Assembly (NCBI GenBank): GCA_040954595.2
Contig: CM082582.2
Location: 2,216,303 to 2,280,302 of the forward strand
Reading direction: 5' to 3'
Source of the DNA: Balanoglossus misakiensis
Lineage: Eukaryota; Animalia; Hemichordata
DNA length: 64,000 nt
Shown here: one piece after another, positions 1 through 13,800 of the stretch
Layout: the number at the start of each line of letters is the position of its first letter
Position numbering within the stretch: the stretch's first letter is position 1
Made by a program: the position numbers and the translations under genes
Notes under the pieces: model-generated
The model's database searches: none
Told to the model about the DNA's origin: nothing
Seen by the model: only the letters and a program-made list of their open reading frames with translations

Positions 1-148
1 TTGATTAAATAAAATAGTTGAAAATGTAACCATCGCCATCACACATTCTTTTAAAGTTATCTGTGGATGCCAACATCAGGACAAAACCGTGACTGTGCTT
101 CTTAAATTCCATCAAATAGACGGTACATGTTATCTTTTCGATCTGTAG

Positions 149-950
149 GATAATCACGCTGGGTGTGACCCAAAATCGAGGTGTCGGAATAGCGCGAATT
201 ACGAAGCATCGTTCCGCCCAATCAGGCAATCGAAAGCAGCTGACCTCCTGAGGCATGCAGTTAGAAAGACGCAGCTGTACAAGAAGCCAGAGAATTATGT
301 TGATGTGAGTTTTTTTAAGTATTACATAGCATGAGGTAAATGTAGGTGTGCTTAGCTATGTGTATTGAATGACAATGTTTAGCTTGAAACACGATTTCAG
401 AATACAGGTACATGTAGTTACAATGTGCAGTGTTTGAACACCACCATGCAGCAGATAGAGCATAGCAGTATTTCTCTCAGGCTTTCTTGTACCGAGATTA
501 TGCTGTAGTTTTTGTCAGCTATATGCAGACACGATTATGGAAAACCAAAGTCTCTACTCTTTGTAAAGATTTTATTTTATTTTCCATTCTAGTGTAAAGA
601 CACACACTATGTTGAGAGCTTCAACAATGTTGCGCATCCCATTAAAAAAAAACTCCTATAAATTCAGGAGTGATCTCACCTGTCTGGACTGGGTAAGTTT
701 TATTTTATTTCCGAGTGTGTTCATGTTTTCCCCATGATAATTTACAATGTTTCTGTGCAAGCTTATCACTGACAAAACAATAAAATATGACGCAGAAGCG
801 AAAGTGGTGTCAACCAATACCAGGAAGAGTCGGCGAGGAAGGCAGTACAGGAGGAGGTCTGAGCGCAGGGTATTGACGGAAAAAACAAGTCGTTGGAGGA
901 CCAATGTGTGGAGGCGTTTTGTCGAAGAAGTTTTTAGTGCCTCTCTGTAG
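149..950 (+). pseudogene. Degraded spliced C-terminal exons of a DDE transposase (Kolobok/Mutator-like type, tentative)
   Basis: AG acceptor at 147-148. Exon 149-304 reads DNHAGCDPKSRC...KKPENYVD and ends at a GTGAGT donor. The next exon starts at 593 in phase 0 (CKDTHYVESFNNVA), then a frameshifted LDW plus GTAAGT donor at 693, then a basic tail ending KTSRWRTNVWRRFV. From recall, the ESFNN...W pattern resembles the catalytic-E region of Kolobok-type transposases; not verified by search. Confidence 0.5.
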
Positions 951-3358
951 AAACCCAGAGACGTATGCTCTAGTGCATACACATACCAAACGGCCCTTAT
1001 CAGGGCCACCACATCCTTCAAAAAGAGAACTACCGTAATCACCAAAACACTTCGTAATAAAAAATTAAAAAGAAATGCACAAATCATTACACAGGCACAC
1101 ATACTCACATATAAAAGTGAATAAAGAAGTACACTACACACCCGAGGATATGACTTTGGTGTTATTTTAATGTACCATTCATTTTTGTCAAAAACAATCA
1201 CCACTCAAAGAAAACTGCCAAAAATAAAGATGTATCGCATTAAAATATGTACAATAATGTCGTCTCTTAAAAAACCTTAAACGGACTCTTGACTTCAGTG
1301 ATGCCCGGATTTGATGAAATATCGAAACGTACGGAAACGCAGAAAGTCAGTCAAAGAATTGTTTTGCTATCAATCACGTGATCTGGCGTTGTCATTTCCA
1401 AGTGACGGGCAAGCAATATTTCGCCATTCAGTAAAAGATTTTTCCAAGTATGTTTTTATTTTAAAAACCGCCAGACACGTACCATGTATCAGGTATAATG
1501 CCTCCACGCTATTGAAGTTGCCCGTCATCTGGATATTTGAATGCTAACGTAACTGTGCCTGAGCGTGCGTGCTGCTGTACACGGGCGCGACAGCTTCACG
1601 AGTGCATATAGCCGCGCCTATAGGCCCATGTCGCAATAGCAATAGATAGGACTTTCTACCTGCAAATCATGACGCACCAAGTATCAAGACATGCTGCCAA
1701 TCATTTATAGTTTTGGTAATTCGACTTGTATTCCTTTCATGTGGAATTTTCGACAAGCATCTGAGCTCCCTTCAAAAATTACCGACGCCACGATCGCGAT
1801 TGTCAGCAATTAAAACAATGCGGACATTTTCGCATCGTTCATTTCCGGGGATCAGTCTAGCTTGAACTGGGTTTGTATCGATGTCGATCTATAAACTTGA
1901 TGATCGCGAATTCAGACATTTCAACGCCTATTTTGAGTAGCGATCCGCTCTCAAGTTGATAGGAAAATTATAGACAGGCCTGTGCCGAGCCGCCCCAGCC
2001 GTGCGCAAGTGGATTGACCGACGCGTGGTACGGTAGCCGGTCATGCATGCAGGATGACTGTTTTGCATGCTGCCGGCTGCGCCTCCAATCACAATTGCTT
2101 GAGGTCAAAGTCGTCATCAAGACGGTCCTGCCTCGCAGGACAAATGCAAGTAAGAATCAATACACGCTGATTTCAGATCATAGTGAGGTGAATACAGCTT
2201 CTTTGTGCGAGATTGCGTTGTAGGGCTTACTTTACAGAGCATTGTCCGAAGTTTCGCGATCGCATTCCAGAGCTTGCACCTGTGCGCGCTTGGGAGAATT
2301 GAGCGTCGAAGTGGTTAGAGCGATCGGCCTCTTGCTTTCCAGTTGACCGTAAACAGTCTCTACTGTACTCGTGTGCAGCTAGACCATGGCACGGCCGTTA
2401 TCGTTATCTGTAATACCTAGCACCCTTTATAGGATTAGCTAAGGTGGTAAACTGTTGTGATTGGAGTGTGTTTTTAACGTACTGTAGGTTAAGCATCGCA
2501 ACTAGCCTAATGTTTGACTAGGAGGAGCACCTACTAATGCGAAAACCAGGGATTGAAAATTGCCCCTTTAAACATCGACAGACAAATGACACATTTTTCC
2601 CCCTTTATTTTGTAGAACAGAAGTAAAATGTTCTTGGAGAAGCAAATTTAAATTGTTTTGTGTTCTTTTCACAATTTTAGAAAAATGAAATATGACGACA
2701 AGTTGACTGTAGAAACGGAAGGTTTGGGGTACTTTAGGCACATCACAGATAAATAAACACGAAACGCATTAATTTTTCAGCTGGAAAACTAAAGCCCTAG
2801 GCCTGCCTATCAGTTTCCTCCCATAGACAACCTTCACAATGGGACACCATCCCTGTTTCGTTCAGGAATCTCCCTGGGTTACCTCCAGGGGACGTATAGA
2901 ATGCATTAGTGACAATTAAAACGCCATCGACTTTATCCTGTATTATTTTGTAATATTTTCACGGAATCTGAGATTGAAAATTAAGTATTCCAACCATCAG
3001 CAATAATTTACTTTCAAAAAATCTAACCGTTGAGAGCTATTTATAGAATTTTGTAATTTTGACATTAAGGCCGAACCCTGTTGTTGAGTATTAAGATTTA
3101 ATTTTAATTTTTCGATTAGTGATCTCTTTCTTATGCATGAATGAAAAAAAATAATTGACAGATCTCAGTCTTACAGATGTTTATTTTATCACCATGGTAA
3201 CAACTTCTTATCGGTATATAGAGGGTTGTTTGTCTCGTATCGCGCTACTGATATTGAAAAGTAACCTTCCTAATTTCAACAAGCTGTAAATTTTATAGAC
3301 GTGTAACTCGTGCTCATTTTCTTCTTCTTCTTCTTCTTTTTAATTTCTGTGCCGACGG

Positions 3359-3505
3359 CTTCAGTGCCCAACGTTCGATTCTGGCAGGTGGTTTCGAAAT
3401 TGGATTGTTGTATATGTGGACCAACGGCTTGTGGTCTGTCACAATGGTGAATTTCTGACCATATACATACAAGTGGAATCGTTCGCATGCCCATACAACG
3501 GCAAG
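3359..3505 (-). mobile_element. Ty3/Gypsy LTR-retrotransposon RNase H fragment
   Basis: Peptide LAVVWACERFHLYVYGQKFTIVTDHKPL...PPARIERWALK matches the canonical Gypsy Pol RNase H motif. It is an isolated ~150-bp scrap. Confidence 0.85.
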
Positions 3506-5520
3506 GCCGGGATCCAGCCGGGATCGAGCATTAAACATGAAGCAGACGACAAAAAGTGACAAGACGGGCATCGCGCGTGGCAAAGTGAAAAATATTTCCA
3601 CAGAGCAATTTCAAAATAAAACGTCCGTTAATTCAACAGTATTGTTGTTTTATTTATTTGGTTTAAACATGCGCGACTGTGGTTTTTGCTGCCATATGCT
3701 AGTTCAGCAGGGGCCCGTTTTAGCTCTGCCAGCAGTGCATTATGAGTATTTTAGCATCGCTGGATTGAGCTCTCGTCCAATCAGAATTGCGGACGGTAGC
3801 ATGATATAATATAATACTGTATATATACCATTTATATATTTGCGACAAAATTATGGTCATATATTGCCAAAGAAAACAATGGATTTCAAATAGAATTGTT
3901 TTATCAAACTCTGGATATATTTATTATTTAGCAGCATTCAAAAATGGCTAACGATGCAGTTTTTAATTTATTAAATTCATCCATATCAAACACAGAAATG
4001 TTGTCTACCTAGGATAGGATGACTAGAACAATCATCTATACAAAGTCAGTCCCCCCAGATCAATGAGAATAAAAAGTGCCTTGCTCAAGGGCACAAAATC
4101 ATTGAAGTTTATGCCATTTCCACTCAAGTTGGACTGGAAGTCAAATATGAAGACATTTGTTGGAATTTCTCTTATCTCATATACTTATCTGCATTCTGAT
4201 TGTGAGCTGATATGTTATGAGGGATTTTATTCTGAAATTGTTCTTTTTGGTGCTATGGTCTATTTATTTCCTAAGTGTCACATTCCACTGGAATGAATTG
4301 TCTCTCCCATCAGAAAACAGCATCTAGACCCCCCCTGGGGATACCAAATGATGACTCCCTGAGTACTTAACTCACTCCAAAATAAAATCAACCCAGTGCC
4401 AATTCTTCAAACATTTCAAGTAAAATTTGCCTGATAGAAGTTTCTCTTGATGAAAATCACTTGTGACTCTGAAGTGTTGCACAGAAAAGAACTTGTTTCT
4501 TTTTTTCTTTCTTCAAAGGGTGGAAAGTGTACCAGTCACAAATCAACGTCGTAACCAGGGTAACTACCAATTTCATGTCAAAGTTCATACATGCTATCCT
4601 CTGCTCGCATTAATAGCGATGTTTTGGGCGATTTCTGAGGGAGACTACACTTTCTACATGCTCAATCATGAAGGTAGCTGTGTTGTGATTGGTTATCTAC
4701 ACATTTGTCTCAGTCAGCAACCAATCAAAGCACAGCTTACTTTCCAGTAGTTGAGTGAAAAAAAAAATCATTAAGTTGGTTATTTTCACAAAGATCAGTC
4801 CTCCAAACTCTTCCATGTTTTTGTATTAAAGTGTATATGAAGTCGATTTGAAAAAAAAAAAGATTTTCATCACCTTGGTTTCATAAAAAAATAAACAATG
4901 TTCACCATGGAGTTATAGCGGCCATTTTGAATTTCAAATTTGAGACAATTTTTGTCATTCAAATTTTTACGGTGAATAATTAATCTGTATTCTTTGTTTT
5001 AAGCAAGAATAATCTAAAGTTGTATTGAGGAGAATATGACTGATTTTGAAGGTGCACATTAAAACCAAACATGAGAAGCAGTAGGAATAGTTCATGTCTT
5101 GTATTGCAATAATTTGGCAGCCCGTGTTCAACTCGGGGGGTGGGGGGTGGGGGGGGGGAATGCTAACAATGGACACACATATACACAAAAGATTGCAAAA
5201 GTAAAAGATTTATTTTGAACACATCAAGGATTTTAAAAACCTATAAAGAATCTTTCTGGCTGTGAAGAAGCAGTAAATAATTCATTTCTCAAGTCCTCAT
5301 GAAAAAGAACTGTAAAACTGCAGTTATGGAAACTGCATTGCAAGGATTGGTAACAGATAATATTCATATCCAAGATGAGGTCATACATGGAATAACATTT
5401 AAAGGGACAAAATCTCTCTCTTGCTGCCATTTTTCTGTTAATTATGTTTGATACAAGACTGTGGATATATAGTGAATCAACGTTCGACCACCCACAACTT
5501 CCATCCCACTTGTAGACACG

Positions 5521-5590
5521 AGAGTAAAACACTCGTCAAAATGAATAATCAGTCTCTACCGTTTATTCATTTTGGCGAGATTTTTACTCT
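5521..5590. repeat. Imperfect 70-nt fold-back (28-bp stem)
   Basis: agagtaaaacactcgtcaaaatgaataa (5521-5548) pairs with ttattcattttggcgagatttttactct (5563-5590) with about 3 mismatches and a 14-nt loop. Confidence 0.7.
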
Positions 5591-6999
5591 TATATCCTTT
5601 AAACAGGCATAATTTTGAATGATAAAGCGAAACTGATTCAAATTTTAAAATCAAGATGGCCACCATTCAATGTGTATTGAGAAAATTTGAAGTATTTTTA
5701 TTTTTGAGAAAGCAAATTTTTTTCTGTTTTCAAAGTGACTCTTCCCACATTTTAATACTAAAAATATAAAGATATGTCGACCACCTAAATAGCATGTCTG
5801 CAAAATGTGAATGGTGATGTCTGTATTAGTTTATAATTCAAAATTAAGAAAATAGTTTCTCAATCCTAATATGAATGATCTTGAAGTGACAACTTGTGTA
5901 CATAGAAAAAAGATGTTGAGAGTGTGTTCAATGTAATTGAAAGCAAGAAGTGAATGACAACCTCTCTTAAATTGCATATTCTTGGTTAGTCATTTGCTTT
6001 TGGGAAATAGTACACATCAAAACTGAAGTCCAGAACATTACACAAAATCATTGTGAACATGTTCTTAACATGTGTTTCAGATTTCTGCTTAAACTTATTG
6101 GAATTATTGTTAGTGCAATTTGAAACAAACTAACTCTTTACAAACTAATTTGGCTTTACAAATCAGAGACATTGTATACTGACAGGATATGTATGTTTCA
6201 GCTTTTTTGGCTCAAAATGAACATCTGCAAAACATAGAGTGAATTTCCTAAATCTGTCAACAAACAAAAGTAATGTTTCTACTGAAGATATTGATGATCA
6301 GGATTAAAAATATTACTGTACAGCTTTTTGGTGAAAACAATAATTTGAATAAAAAATGTTGCAACAAATCACAAAAATCACTAGAATTTTTAAAAAATCA
6401 ACTTTATTTTGCTATAATGGTCATTGATGTCATTAGCTGCAGTTTGTAAACTCAACATGACAATTTCTTAGTTGTCACTTTCTCATAATTGTAATTGACT
6501 CACTTTATTTGCATGTGTCTCCATCCTGTGAAGCTGACATGACATCATGTTCCTTAGAGTGATTTAATTTGTAATTAACCATTACATACACTTCAAATAG
6601 GTCAGTATCTGCAGGATGGTCTTGTACTGTATTTGGGTAATTCACTTTCTGTTATCTCATGCTAGATCTATGTCACAGATTCCATTCATTTATCTTTAGT
6701 TGTGTCACCTGTTGGTAGCTGTTTCTGCAATCACCATCTCCTCGTTGTACAGCCTGGTTATTGAGAAGACAGTAATGGTGGAGGGTGGTTTGGTGTATTG
6801 GCTTTGATTTCTCTGCAGGGCTTATAACAGTATGTGTGTACGGAACCTTTTCCTTGCACACACACATTACGTTACTCAGTTAAATTTCTCAGACATTGCA
6901 ACAAGTTCCATGGAAATACTGCCATCGTTTGCCATACTAATCAGAAATTGATATACTGACGTCACAATGGTCTGCTTCAGAGATGTTGATGTCATCATC

Positions 7000-8259
7000 T
7001 TAAGATGTAAGATGTAGATTAGCCATGTCACCTTCAACATCATGATGATCAGCTGACACACCAAGTTTTCGGAACATCTCATGTATTTCTTCTCTGGCAG
7101 CGTAGACATCACAACTTTCTTGCTCAAAAATTTTAACCAGGTTGGAAAAATTGCTCTTACAGAATTTCTTATCTGCAGTTGGCTGTTGGCCTGCACGTTG
7201 TTGTCCTCCACAGCCCTTGGACCAAACAGATAAAGCATGTTGTGTTGGGGATTGAATCAATGCACTGTATTGCCATGAATCCACCTCCATGCGAGGGATC
7301 CCCATCAAGTGTGCCATAGCCCTGTAGTCATTGCCGGATAAACGGATGATATCCATGATATTAGAAAATATCTTGAGGGCATCCTTCAGCATCCACTTGA
7401 CATCACTTTCATATCCACTGTGTCAGAGGATGGTTGTATCATACCCAGCACAAAGAAAGTCAGTAGCTGCTTCTGAAATCACCATCTCCTCGTTGTACAC
7501 CTTCTCATTCCTCTCTTCTGCTTCCCGAATTTGCTTCAATGTATAGAATGTGACATCTTCAGGGTTGCGATGGATTCGAAGAGAATCTGAACTCAACACG
7601 TGGATGTCAAGTCTTGTACCAGGACAGCAGATCTCTAACACTTCATAGACAATATCAGTTATTGTCTCTAATAATTTGTAGCATTCGCCGATTTCCTCTT
7701 CTTTCTCTGCTCTAACACAAACATGGATAGCTCTCCAACCTTTTGTCATATACACCAAGCCTTCTGCATTGTGACACACTTTGATGCCATTTTTCCATAT
7801 ACCACTTGTCCGTCGGTTGATCTTTCGGAAATGGCGTTCTATTCGGGCGTTAAGTCGGGGGGAAAATCCTGGCGAGAAACTATCAGCATCATCTCTGCAT
7901 TGGAACCGTCTACCATAGTAAATCTTCTTAGTAGCATCCTGTTTCCACTGATTTGCAGGCATATCTGTGTCCAACAACTCAGGTATTACATACCCAGTTA
8001 CAGTATTGGATTCAGAAATGACCTCATAGAGAAGGGCAAACTCTTTGAGAAGATTTATCAGCAAATCAATATCTGCCAGACCATGGAAAACTTCCTCAAT
8101 TTCGCTTCTCATATGTAAGGACTTCCGCGGCAAGCGGTTTGCAAACTGCTCAAATATTTCAGGAGCCAGCATGGTACCGAATATTCTAGAACATAACCAT
8201 TGGGGATCAAGAACAATGACGTCATCTGAATCTGGTAGGGTACTCTCGATTTGGAACAT
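7000..8259 (-). pseudogene. Terminal exon of a ROCO/DAPK-like gene (COR region then death-domain-like region), interrupted by an in-frame TGA
   Basis: Splice acceptor tttattcacAG lies directly before 8259. VIVLDPQWLCSRIFG, YVIPELL, YYGRRF, FSPGF and IWKNGI resemble the DAPK1-type COR domain. The ORF stops at 7423-7425 but continues in the same frame (7000-7392: GNDYRAMAHLMGI...SPTQHALSVW, death-domain-like). No upstream exons were recognised in the window. Confidence 0.75.
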
Positions 8260-8663
8260 CTGTGAATAAACAATGGGGAAAAATACTTATGTTTTGAGAC
8301 ATTTATTCAAATGAAATTGTGCATATATCTTAGTGACACACATACCAGTATGTAGATGTGTGCATGGCTGATCATACATAGGGAAACCGCGAAACCCAGG
8401 CCAAGTCTAGCCTTGCCTGGCCAAACCATCTCGGCTATAGTGATCGAAAAAAAACTCATCAACGCCACAATATTGCCACTGGTGATTTAGGAACAATGTC
8501 AGGGCTATACCAACACTAGTGACACACATGGACCACAAAAACATGTTTATAGCAGAGGGCCTTTTCTGGGTTTTTTTCTCAGTCTTGAATCCCTGTCTAG
8601 ATCCTCAGCAAAAGGCTCTGTCAAGCCTTTCACCCTCAGATCCCTCTTAAGAGAACCCAGCCT

Positions 8664-8957
8664 GTGATTGGAACTGCGCTGAGTACTACAGCTGGCCTCC
8701 AAGGCGCAAGACCGCGGCGTGTATGTACACTTTTCGTGTCCCGGCTGAATCCAGCAACAACATGTGAAAATGTTGAGCGCTATGCTGCGGACAAATTTGA
8801 TGTAGGTGTGAACTGTACAAAACTGAAAACAAAGTATGATATGTATGCTTCTTTTATGGTTGAATTATCTGATGTAGACATTAGAGTTGCCCTTGATCCT
8901 GTAAATTGGCCTCAGGATACTCTTGTAAGAAAATACTATAAATCTCAGACGCCATGA
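8664..8957 (+). pseudogene. Non-LTR retrotransposon ORF1, C-terminal RRM-like part (5'-truncated)
   Basis: LFVSRLNP...YASFMV...WPQDTLVRKY is a typical LINE ORF1 C-terminus. Its TGA overlaps the ORF2 ATG (ATGA at 8954-8957). Confidence 0.75.
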
Positions 8958-10570
8958 CAAAACGCAAAAATAGTTTACGGATTGTGTCATTTAACTGTCG
9001 CTCTGTGAAATCAAGCTTTCATTCTGTGTATGAATTATGTGAAACCCATGATATCTGTCTTTTACAAGAACACTGGCTTGCTAAGGAAGAGCTGTCAATT
9101 TTACATGACATACATCTGGATTTTATGTCATTCGGAGTATCTGCTTTTGATTCGTCTGAACTCCGTATTGGTAGACCGTACGGGGGGGTTGCAATTCTTT
9201 GGCGTAGATCGCTTGGCAAACTTGCCAGTATTGTTGAGTTTGCTGATAGTCGCTTGCTTGGTTTAGTTTTAGAAAATGATACTGACAAACTTGTTATTGT
9301 AAACTGTTATTTGCCCACCAATACTAATGATAATTTTGAAGTGTTCAGTGAGTACTTGGCGAAAATCAATTCCATTGTTTCTGATATTAACACTGGGAAT
9401 GTCTTTTTTATTGGTGACTGGAATGCTGATGTAACTACTGATACAGGCTTTGGCCGTGAGTTGATGGAGCATTGTGAGCAATTTGGTTACATCGTTTCTG
9501 ATGTTGAGCTGCTAGGCAGGGATTCTGGTACGTTTACTTAGATTAGCGATGCTCATGGCAGTACTTCATGGATTGACCACTGTGTTACCACTGAAGTTTC
9601 TCATAGCAATGTTCTTTCAATTTCGAGCCTTTGCAATGTTGTTGACTCCGACCATATTCCTGTTTCAATAGAGGTTCATTTCAACACTTCTGCTGATGAA
9701 AGCTTCAGCAGTAGTTCCTTCAAGCAATGTAATTTTCGAGTTGATTGGAAAAAAATTGTCACAGCAGAATATATCCGCCTACACCCTTGTACCAAAGCCA
9801 AGATTGATAAGATTAATTTATCCGAACAGTTATTCTGCACTAATGTGAACTGTACAGACCCTTCGCATTTACAGGCAATTGATACTTGTTATAGTAGTAT
9901 TGTGGACGCATTGAATTGTGCTGCAAAATATACCATTAGGGGTAAGTTTCACCAGAAAGTTCATGTTGTACCTGGCTGGAACGATTTTGTAAAAGAAAGT
10001 CACGACTATGCCCGTTCCATGTTTTTTATTATGGGTTAATGGGGGTAAACCTAAACAAGGCCCGCTTTTTGAAACCATGAAATCTTTCAGAGCTCGTTTT
10101 AAGTATGCTTTACGTGCTTGTAAAAAGATTGAGAATCAAAATAGGGCTGACAAGATGGCTGACAATTTATGCTGCCACAAACAGAACGACTTCTGGAAGG
10201 AAGTCAGAAAGCAAACTAGCAGAAAAACGCCACTTTCTGACACTGTAGGTGGAGCGACTGGTGAGAGTGAAATTGCAATTATGTGGCACAAGCATTTCAG
10301 TGATATTTTGAATTCTGTCCAGGCTCAGACTGGTAAAAATGACATCGAGGAGAAAATGAAGTATGTTAACTTTTCTTCTGATATGTATGTTTCTGAAGAC
10401 GAAGTAATTTCTGCTATACACAAGTTACCTGACGACAAGACAGCTGGCATTGACAATATTTCAGCTGAGCACCTCAAATTCTCAGACTCCTCTATTTTAC
10501 CATTTTGACTTGTTGTATTAATGCTATGATTGTTCATGGTTACCTGCCAACTGAGGCTATCAAAGTTATT
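8954..10570 (+). mobile_element. Decayed LINE ORF2 (APE endonuclease, linker, start of RT), RTE-X-like clade tentative
   Basis: APE motifs SFNCRS, LQEHWL, GRPYGGVAILW, GDWNAD, WIDH, SDHIP; linker PGWND...RARFKYALR; pre-RT motif TAGIDNISAEHLK. Stops and frameshifts are present. The frame is cut at 10570 after AIKVI. Confidence 0.9.
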
Positions 10571-10800
10571 AGGGCCCAAGCGCTTGCTTGCGCTTGGGCC
10601 CTATTGGTTTCGTTGGGGTTTTTAGGGCCCAAGCCAAGCCAGGCTTGGGCCCTATTGGTTTCGTTGGAATTTTTCAGTCTTTCTTTCTTTCTTTAGGGCC
10701 CAAGCGCATACCAGCGCTTGGGCCCTATTGGTTTCGTTGGGGTTTTTAGGGCCCAAGCGCAAGCAAGCGCTTGGGCCCTATTGGTTTCGTTGGAATTTTT
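10571..10800 (+). repeat. Stack of four ~53-bp palindromic element heads
   Basis: Repeating unit ttagggcccaagc[variable loop]gcttgggccctattggtttcgttgg(gg/aa)tttt. Confidence 0.95.
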
Positions 10801-13800
10801 CTTTCCGGCTTTCTTTCTTTATTCTTGTGTCAATTCTTCGGCCAACTAAATCTCTGAAACTACTGCAGGTACACTGCTCAAACTTGCTACAGTGGTCAAG
10901 GTCTATGAGTAGATGTGCAGTGACTTGTGAATACTTAATTAGTCACGTGACCTGGCGGCCATATTGGATTTTCTGAAAAAATTGAAATCTCAGATCTCAG
11001 AAACTACAAGTCAGATCGACTTCAAATTTGGCATGCAGGTAGACTACCTTCTACCCATCATTTTTGTAATTGGAAATTTTGCTACAGTGTTGCAGTTTTT
11101 TTGCTACAATTTTTTTTCTGAAATCTGGCTTAAATTTCAAAAATCTTCTTCTCCAGAACCGGTGATAACCGAGACACGGGGTTTGGGGTATGTGGTCACC
11201 TCACTGATGTCTATCAAGTTTGCGAAGATCATTGTGATTGGTCGAAGATTATGGCGGCCATATTGGATTTTCGAAAAACCATAGTTAAACTCCAAAAATC
11301 TTCTTCTCCAGAACGGGCGATGACTGAGTCGCAAGATTCGGGGAGTATGGTCACTACACTGATGTCTATCAAGTTTGCAAAGAACATTGTGATTGGTCGA
11401 AGATTATGGCGGCCATATTGGATTTTGTAAAAAGCAGTGAAAAATTGAAATTCCTTTTTCTAGTCTAAAAATTGATAGCATACAAATTCTTTTTATGGAT
11501 ATCAATCTTTATGTGACTAAAATATGTTACAAATTTTTGTCGATTTTTCACATGACCTTTGACCTACTTTTCACACATTATTATTTCTGCATATCTATTT
11601 CCAGGCTAACCTATAGGGCTAGACATTTGGTTTTTGATGCATGTGGATTTGTGTGTGATCAAAATATTTTGCTACTTTCATGACCCCTTTGACCTCTGCT
11701 GACCTCATTAATTATGTGCATAGCTAATTACAGGCGAACCAATAGAGCTAGAGGTTTGGTTTTTGTTGGACATGAACCAATATGGGGTCAAAATTTGTTG
11801 CCCAAATATTGGGTGACCTCTGGTGACCTTTGACCTACTTTCGCATATCTCAGCATCCAGGGCAGATACAGCCTTGGCATTTGGCAGGATGGGACCAAAA
11901 TGTAAAGCCACATTTTTGAGTCACCTGTGACACCTGCTGACCTCATTAAATATGCACATACCTAATTACAGGCGAACCAATAGAACTAGAGTTTTAGTTT
12001 TTGTTGGACATGGAACAGTATGGGTCAATAAATTTTGCCCAAATGTTGGGTGACCTCAGGTGACCTTTGACCTACTTTACTCTATTTCAGCAGGAAAAAT
12101 ACATACGTCCTTGTTATGTCATGAGATAAAACACCTGATAGAGCATTCTGTTTCTTCTCATTCATACTGTGCATATATAATACCGGATCAGCGCTTGGGC
12201 CCAACAATGCTGCTTGCAGCTTTAATTAGGGCCCAAGCGCATACCAGCGCTTGGGCCCTATTGGTTTCGTTGGGGTTTTTCTGTCTTTCCTTCTTTCTTC
12301 TTTCTTCTTCTTTCTTTATTCTTGTGTCAATTCTTTGTCGCTCTAGATCTCAGACACCACTGCAGGTACACTTCTCAAACTTGCTACAGTGGTCAAGGTC
12401 AATGAGTAGATGTGCATTGAACCCTTGAATTTTTAATTAGTCACGTGACCTGGCGGCCATATTAGATTTTCTGAAAAAATGCAAATCTCAGATCTCAGAA
12501 ACTACAAGTCAGATCGACTTCAAACTTGGTGTGCAGGTAGTTTACCTTCTACCCATCATTTTTGTAATTGGATATTTTGCTGTCAATGTTGCAGTTTTTT
12601 TGCTACAGTTGTTTTTCTGAAATCTGGTCAAAATTTCAAAAATCTTCTTCTCCAGAACCGGCGATAACCGAGTCACGCGGTTTGGGGTATGTGGTCACCA
12701 AACTGAGGTCTATCAAGTTTGCGAAGATCATTGTGATTGGTCGAAGATTATGGCGGCCATATTGGATTTTCGAAAAACCCTAGTAAAATTTCAAAAATCT
12801 TCTTCTCAAGAACCGGCGATAACCGAGTCACAAGATTTGGTGTGTGTGGTCATTAAACAGATGTCTATCAAGTTTGCGAAGATCATTGTGATTGGTCGAA
12901 GATTTTGGCGGCCATATTGGATTTTGTGAACAACGATTAAAAAGTAAAAATTCTGTTTCTAGCCTAAAAATTGATAGCACAGAAATTCTTTTTATGGATA
13001 TGAATCATCATATGACAAGAATAAGCTATAAATATTTTGGTAATTTTGGCAATGACCTTTGACCTACTTTTGACGCATCATTTTTCTGCATATCTAATTC
13101 CAGGCTAACCAATAGGGCTATAAGTTTGGTTTTTGATGTATGTGGTTTTGTATGTGATCAAAAATTTTTGCTACTTTTCATGACCCCTTTGACCTCTGCT
13201 GACCTCATTAAATATGCGCATACCTAATTACAGATGAACCAAATGACCTAGAGGTTTGTTTTTTTCTGGACATGGATCAGTATGGGGTCAAAATATTTTG
13301 CCCAAATGTTGGATGACCTCGGGTGACCTTTGACCTACTTTTGCATATCTCGACATCCACAGCAGATACAGCCTTGGCGTTTGGAGGTATGGGGCCATAA
13401 TGAAAAGCCAAAGTTTTGGGTCACCTGTGACACCTGCTTAACTCATTATTTATGTGCATACCTAATTCCGGGCTAACCAAAAGGGCTAGAGGTCTGGTTT
13501 TTGTTGGACATGGACTACTTTGGGTCAAAATTTTCTGCCCAAATTTTGGGTGACCTCAGATGACCTTTGACCTATTTTTGCATATCTCGACATCCAAAGC
13601 AGGTACAGTCTGGGCATTTGGAGGTATGGTGCCATAATGAAAAGCCAAAGTTTTGGCTCACCTGTGACACCTGCTTTACGCATTATTTATGTGCATACCT
13701 AATTCCGGGCTAACCAAAAGGGCTAGAGGTCTGGTTTTTGATGGACATGGACCACTATGGGTCAAAATTTTCTGCCCAAATTGTGGGTGACCTCTGGATG

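Noticed and set aside
656-1204. 182-aa hydrophobic minus-strand ORF
   Set aside because: It is antisense to the transposase relic and an A-rich tract, and has no domain signature.
1300-3300. CpG-richer stretch that might be a promoter, SINE or tRNA-derived element (e.g. gtggttagagcg near 2311)
   Set aside because: I could not identify a complete cloverleaf, B-box or termini by eye, so it is left unannotated.
4850-5870. Probable MITE fragments (gcggccattttgaatttcaaa; caagatggccacc)
   Set aside because: They look repeat-derived, but boundaries and TSDs could not be established.
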